Source of the DNA: a candidate division WOR-3 bacterium | GTDB taxonomy: Bacteria; Hydrothermota; Tepidihabitantia; Tepidihabitantales; Tepidihabitantaceae | Length of the DNA: 64,000 nt | Direction: 5' to 3' | Assembly (NCBI GenBank): GCA_965649295.1 | Contig: CBFGKH010000005.1 | Location: 1-64,000, forward strand | Shown: in pieces, positions 60,748-64,000 of the stretch | Numbering within the stretch: position 1 is the first letter of the stretch | How the letters are laid out: every line of letters starts with the position of its first letter | Program-made: the position numbers and the translations under genes | The notes under the pieces: generated by a model | Databases searched by the model: none | Seen by the model: only the letters and a program-made list of their open reading frames with translations | Told to the model about the DNA's origin: nothing

Positions 60748-61253
60748 CTAAGTCAGAATCAGAAGCGCCGCGCCTGCCCGGCAGGCGCTTCTTTTTGCTG
60801 GCTATGTTTGGGAGCTGGTTCTTCACCGGCTACTTTCCGATTGCGCCAGCAACTGTTACTAGTCTTGTCGTCATGCCAATGGCGTTCCTTTTGGCGCGGT
60901 GGAAACCCTGGTGGCAGTTGCTACCAATCGTTGTGTTCTTCATTGTCGGTGTACCGGCGGCTACCCGGCTCGAGCGGGTCTGGGGGCATGACCCGGCCCG
61001 AGTTACTATCGATGAGGTCGTGGGTGCGTTGGCGACTTTCTTCATGAATCCGGTGTCGATTTGGGGGTTGGGTGTTGGGTTCTTACTCTGGCGGTTTTTC
61101 GATATCATTAAGCTGCCCTTTGTTGATCGGGCTCAACGTCTGCCCGGTGGCTGGGGTATCATGATGGACGATTTGCTCGCGGGAGTTTGTGCCAACCTAG
61201 CGTTGCGGCTTATCTTGCTCGTGCCTGCCTTCAGCTGCTTGCGTTGCCCTTGA
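60708..61253 (+). CDS. pgpA: Phosphatidylglycerophosphatase A (start uncertain, possibly 60804)
   Basis: DPARVTIDEVVG, RFFDIIK, GGWGIMMDDLLAG. Confidence 0.88.
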   Translation: MGASVPQQAPTAVAKSESEAPRLPGRRFFLLAMFGSWFFTGYFPIAPATVTSLVVMPMAFLLARWKPWWQLLPIVVFFIVGVPAATRLERVWGHDPARVTIDEVVGALATFFMNPVSIWGLGVGFLLWRFFDIIKLPFVDRAQRLPGGWGIMMDDLLAGVCANLALRLILLVPAFSCLRCP

Positions 61254-61254
61254 G

Positions 61255-62499
61255 ATGACTAAGAAGAGTTTGCTTGAACGACTGGAGCTCGTTGTTGTGG
61301 GCGATGAGCTCCTCACTGGTCGCGTGGTTGATACGAACTCGGCTTTCATCGGGCGATTGCTTGCCAGCGTTGGTGCTGGGCCGAGCTTGGTGAGCAAAGT
61401 CGGCGATGATGAAGCGGAGATTAGGCAGGTGATCAGTGCTGCAATGGGGCGTTCGCAATTCGTCATTGTTCTTGGCGGGCTTGGGCCAACCGATGACGAC
61501 CGGACAATTGCGGCGGTCGCGGCGTTGCTAGGACGTCGGCTGCGTGTCCACGCACCGACTCTGCGACGGATCGAGGTGCTATTTGCAAAGAGGGGACTGG
61601 AGATGCCGGAGCCGGCGCGGCGGCAGGCTCTCTTACCGATTGGTGCGAAGTTACTGCAAAACCCTTTCGGGATGGTGCCAGGCATGATTCTCACTGAGCA
61701 GTCGTGTACTATTGCTTTGGTGCCGGGGGTTCCGGAGGAGATGGAAGCAGTTATTGTTGGTGGCGTTCTGCCTTACCTCCGTCGTCACTATCAACTACAA
61801 CCGCGACAGTCGGTTACGGTGCGCACCATCGGGCTACCAGAGTCGGCTATTCTTCGGAAGGCCAGTGGGCTTACTCAGATGTATCCGTCAGCGACTTGGG
61901 CTTACTATCCTTCTGTCAGTGGCGTTGACGTCGTTGTTTCTGGTCCGTCGACGCGGATCGTTACAAGCTGTGTGCGGCGGTTGCAGCAGTTACTTGACAC
62001 AAGCGTGTATGCTGTGGGCGACGATCCGCTTGAGGCAGTTGTGGGACGTCAACTTAAACAGCGACAACTTTGGCTAGCAACGGCTGAGTCGTGTACGGGT
62101 GGACTTGTGAGTCACAGAATCACCAACGTGCCAGGCAGTTCGTGTTATTTTCGTGGCGGTGTAATTGCCTACTCTAATGAAGTTAAGCTGAAGTTGCTCG
62201 GCGTTCCCGCCGATGTGTTGCGGCGCTATGGTGCGGTCAGTGAACCAACGGTCCGAGCGATGGCTACTGGAGCAATGAGGCTGCTTGGAGCTGACACTGC
62301 TGTTGCCGTATCAGGTATTGCCGGGCCTGGTGGTGGTACGCGACAGAAACCAGTTGGGCTTGTTTTTGTGGCGGCAGCGGCAGGAGAAGAGGTGGTGGTT
62401 GAACGCTTGCGATTGTTGGGTGACAGACGGATGATCAAGGAACGAGCGGCAGCAGCAGCTTTGGACCTACTGCGTCGCCTACTGCTATCCTTTAAATGA
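61255..62499 (+). CDS. cinA: CinA competence/damage-inducible protein (molybdopterin-binding domain plus NMN deamidase)
   Basis: GDELLTG…DTN, GGLGPTDDD, AESCTGG, SGIAGPGGG. Confidence 0.93.
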   Translation: MTKKSLLERLELVVVGDELLTGRVVDTNSAFIGRLLASVGAGPSLVSKVGDDEAEIRQVISAAMGRSQFVIVLGGLGPTDDDRTIAAVAALLGRRLRVHAPTLRRIEVLFAKRGLEMPEPARRQALLPIGAKLLQNPFGMVPGMILTEQSCTIALVPGVPEEMEAVIVGGVLPYLRRHYQLQPRQSVTVRTIGLPESAILRKASGLTQMYPSATWAYYPSVSGVDVVVSGPSTRIVTSCVRRLQQLLDTSVYAVGDDPLEAVVGRQLKQRQLWLATAESCTGGLVSHRITNVPGSSCYFRGGVIAYSNEVKLKLLGVPADVLRRYGAVSEPTVRAMATGAMRLLGADTAVAVSGIAGPGGGTRQKPVGLVFVAAAAGEEVVVERLRLLGDRRMIKERAAAAALDLLRRLLLSFK

Positions 62500-63065
62500 C
62501 TAACTTGATTCGTTCCTTTGTTGCCATTGACATCTCACACCGCGCCCGTGACCAGGTCGCTGATTTCATAGACAGGCTACGGCGGCAGGTAGGGGGTGTG
62601 CGCTGGGTGCGGCCGGACTTGCTGCATTTGACTTTGGTTTTCCTGGGTGAGGTTGAGTCTACGTTCATTGAGGCAGTGAAACCGGGTCTGAGAGAGGCGG
62701 CGGCAGCGACAGTCTGCTTTCCGCTTCGTCTTGTTGGTGTTGGTGCCTTTCCAAGTCCGCGACGGGCTCGCGTCATTTGGCTCGGTATGGAAGCCTCTTC
62801 GTGCGATGAACTGGTTAGGCTGCAGCGAGCAGCAGTCCGTGCGTTGGTGCGGAAGGGGTTCGTGCCGGAAGCCCGGCCTTTCAGTCCGCATCTTACTATC
62901 GGCCGGCTGCCAGTACCGACCGACGTATCATCGTTACTAGCGAGTCAGCAATTCGAATCAGAGCCGTTTGAGGCGGAACGGCTGGCACTCTATCGTAGCG
63001 TGCTGCGTACACAGGGGCCGGAATACTCGGTGCTGGCTACGTTCGAGTTTTCACCACGGTCTTGA
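62496..63065 (+). CDS. thpR: RNA 2',3'-cyclic phosphodiesterase
   Basis: RSFVAI, HLTLVFLG, FSPHLTIGR; follows cinA. Confidence 0.9.
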   Translation: MTNLIRSFVAIDISHRARDQVADFIDRLRRQVGGVRWVRPDLLHLTLVFLGEVESTFIEAVKPGLREAAAATVCFPLRLVGVGAFPSPRRARVIWLGMEASSCDELVRLQRAAVRALVRKGFVPEARPFSPHLTIGRLPVPTDVSSLLASQQFESEPFEAERLALYRSVLRTQGPEYSVLATFEFSPRS

Positions 63066-63104
63066 CTTCCTTGTACGGCAGCCGATGATAGGTTGGAGGT
63101 TACC

Positions 63105-63545
63105 GTGTTTGAACTAACGCCTGCGGTCTGGATTGCGGCTGGCATCGTCCTAGCTGTGTTGGAGATGTTCGTACCCGGATTGGTCGTTATCTGGTTCGGG
63201 ATCGCAGCCATTGTTGCTGGTGTTATCGCTTTCTTCGTACCAAATCCGTACGTCCAGTTTGGTGTTTTCGCCGTACTCTCGCTGGTTCTGATACTTTCCT
63301 CGCAGCGTATCGCTCGCAAGATTACTCGTCCCGAACCGGAACCGGTAGGATCAAACCGAATGGTCGGCGTGACCGGCCGTGTTGTGCAGGCAATCGTGCC
63401 GCCAGACCTTGGCAGGGTGAAGGTTGATGGAGAGGAGTGGCGGGCTGGTGCGCGGCAGAGAATTGAGGCGGGCGCAGTAGTCAGGGTTATTGGAGTAGAA
63501 GGAACACGGCTCACTGTTGAGCCGGTCAATGAAGGGAGCTGCTAG
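63105..63545 (+). CDS. NfeD family membrane protein
   Basis: TM N-terminus, GRVKVDGEEWRA OB fold; GGAGG before GTG. Confidence 0.88.
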   Translation: MFELTPAVWIAAGIVLAVLEMFVPGLVVIWFGIAAIVAGVIAFFVPNPYVQFGVFAVLSLVLILSSQRIARKITRPEPEPVGSNRMVGVTGRVVQAIVPPDLGRVKVDGEEWRAGARQRIEAGAVVRVIGVEGTRLTVEPVNEGSC

Positions 63546-64000
63546 ATGACGGGCACACTATTGGTAATCATTCTGGTTTTTCTCTTTCTGCTGGCACTGC
63601 TGGGAATTAAGACGGTCCGGCCCTATGAGCGGGCCTGTGTTGAAAGGCTTGGCAAGTACCAGCGGACAGTCCAGCCGGGGTTGAATTTCATCATGCCCTT
63701 CCTTGAGAGGATGATCAAGGTGGACATGCGGGAGCAGGTGGTTGATGTGCCGCCTCAAGAGGTAATCACCAAGGACAATGCGACGGTGACGGTGGATGCT
63801 ATCGTCTATTACGAGGTCACCGATCCGGTCAAGGTACTGTACAACGTTGCCAACTTCCGGCTAGCGACGATCAAACTGGCTCAGACCAATCTGCGTAACG
63901 TGATTGGCGACCTGACGCTTGACGAGTCATTGACGTCGCGGGAGCGGATCAATGCCAAGCTTAGGGATGTCCTCGACGAGGCGACCGACAAGTGGGGCGC
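63546..64000 (+). CDS. SPFH/stomatin-like protein (QmcA type), truncated by the window edge
   Basis: Own translation: [38 protein letters not shown]…VITKDNATV…TNLRNVIG; follows nfeD. Confidence 0.88.
   Translation, partial: MTGTLLVIILVFLFLLALLGIKTVRPYERACVERLGKYQRTVQPGLNFIMPFLERMIKVDMREQVVDVPPQEVITKDNATVTVDAIVYYEVTDPVKVLYNVANFRLATIKLAQTNLRNVIGDLTLDESLTSRERINAKLRDVLDEATDKWG

Noticed and set aside
60761..60796. Hairpin GCGCCTGC-CCG-GCAGGCGC followed by a T-run after secF
   Set aside because: It could be a terminator or attenuator but lies within the possible pgpA 5' coding region; unresolved, so not called
63066..63104. Absence of recA after cinA-thpR, and of hpt between tilS and ftsH
   Set aside because: Ordinary synteny variation with no remnant visible

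Overview
Chromosomal window from a moderately GC-rich, probably anaerobic diderm bacterium (LptD, Wzi-like protein, rubrerythrin/SOR/FprA). The gene content resembles FCB-related candidate lineages such as WOR-3, which is an inference only. Positions 1-9.2 kb hold a complete MYXAN/Cmx8-type (I-B-like) CRISPR-Cas locus on the minus strand: cas6, cas3, cas8, cas7, cas5, cas4-cas1, cas2, leader and an array of 13 full 36-bp repeats running off the left edge. The rest is mostly housekeeping: 4 tRNAs, maf/lptD, tilS-ftsH-dapA-dapB plus a saccharopine (LKR/SDH) gene pair, an oxidative-stress/iron cluster, tig-clpP-clpX, a CoA-transferase/acyl-CoA dehydrogenase operon, polA, wecB, an extended GreA, an uncharacterised four-gene membrane module, a glycosylation cluster, pdxJ-secDF-pgpA-cinA-thpR and nfeD-SPFH. 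Most notable observations: the four-gene FN3/DUF6754-like membrane module; dapAB abutting LKR/SDH (possible hybrid lysine route); pervasive leaderless promoters with mostly 16-nt spacers; a hidden in-frame Cas11 and a uORF in the cas operon; and an unannotated structured RNA candidate near 44.1 kb.
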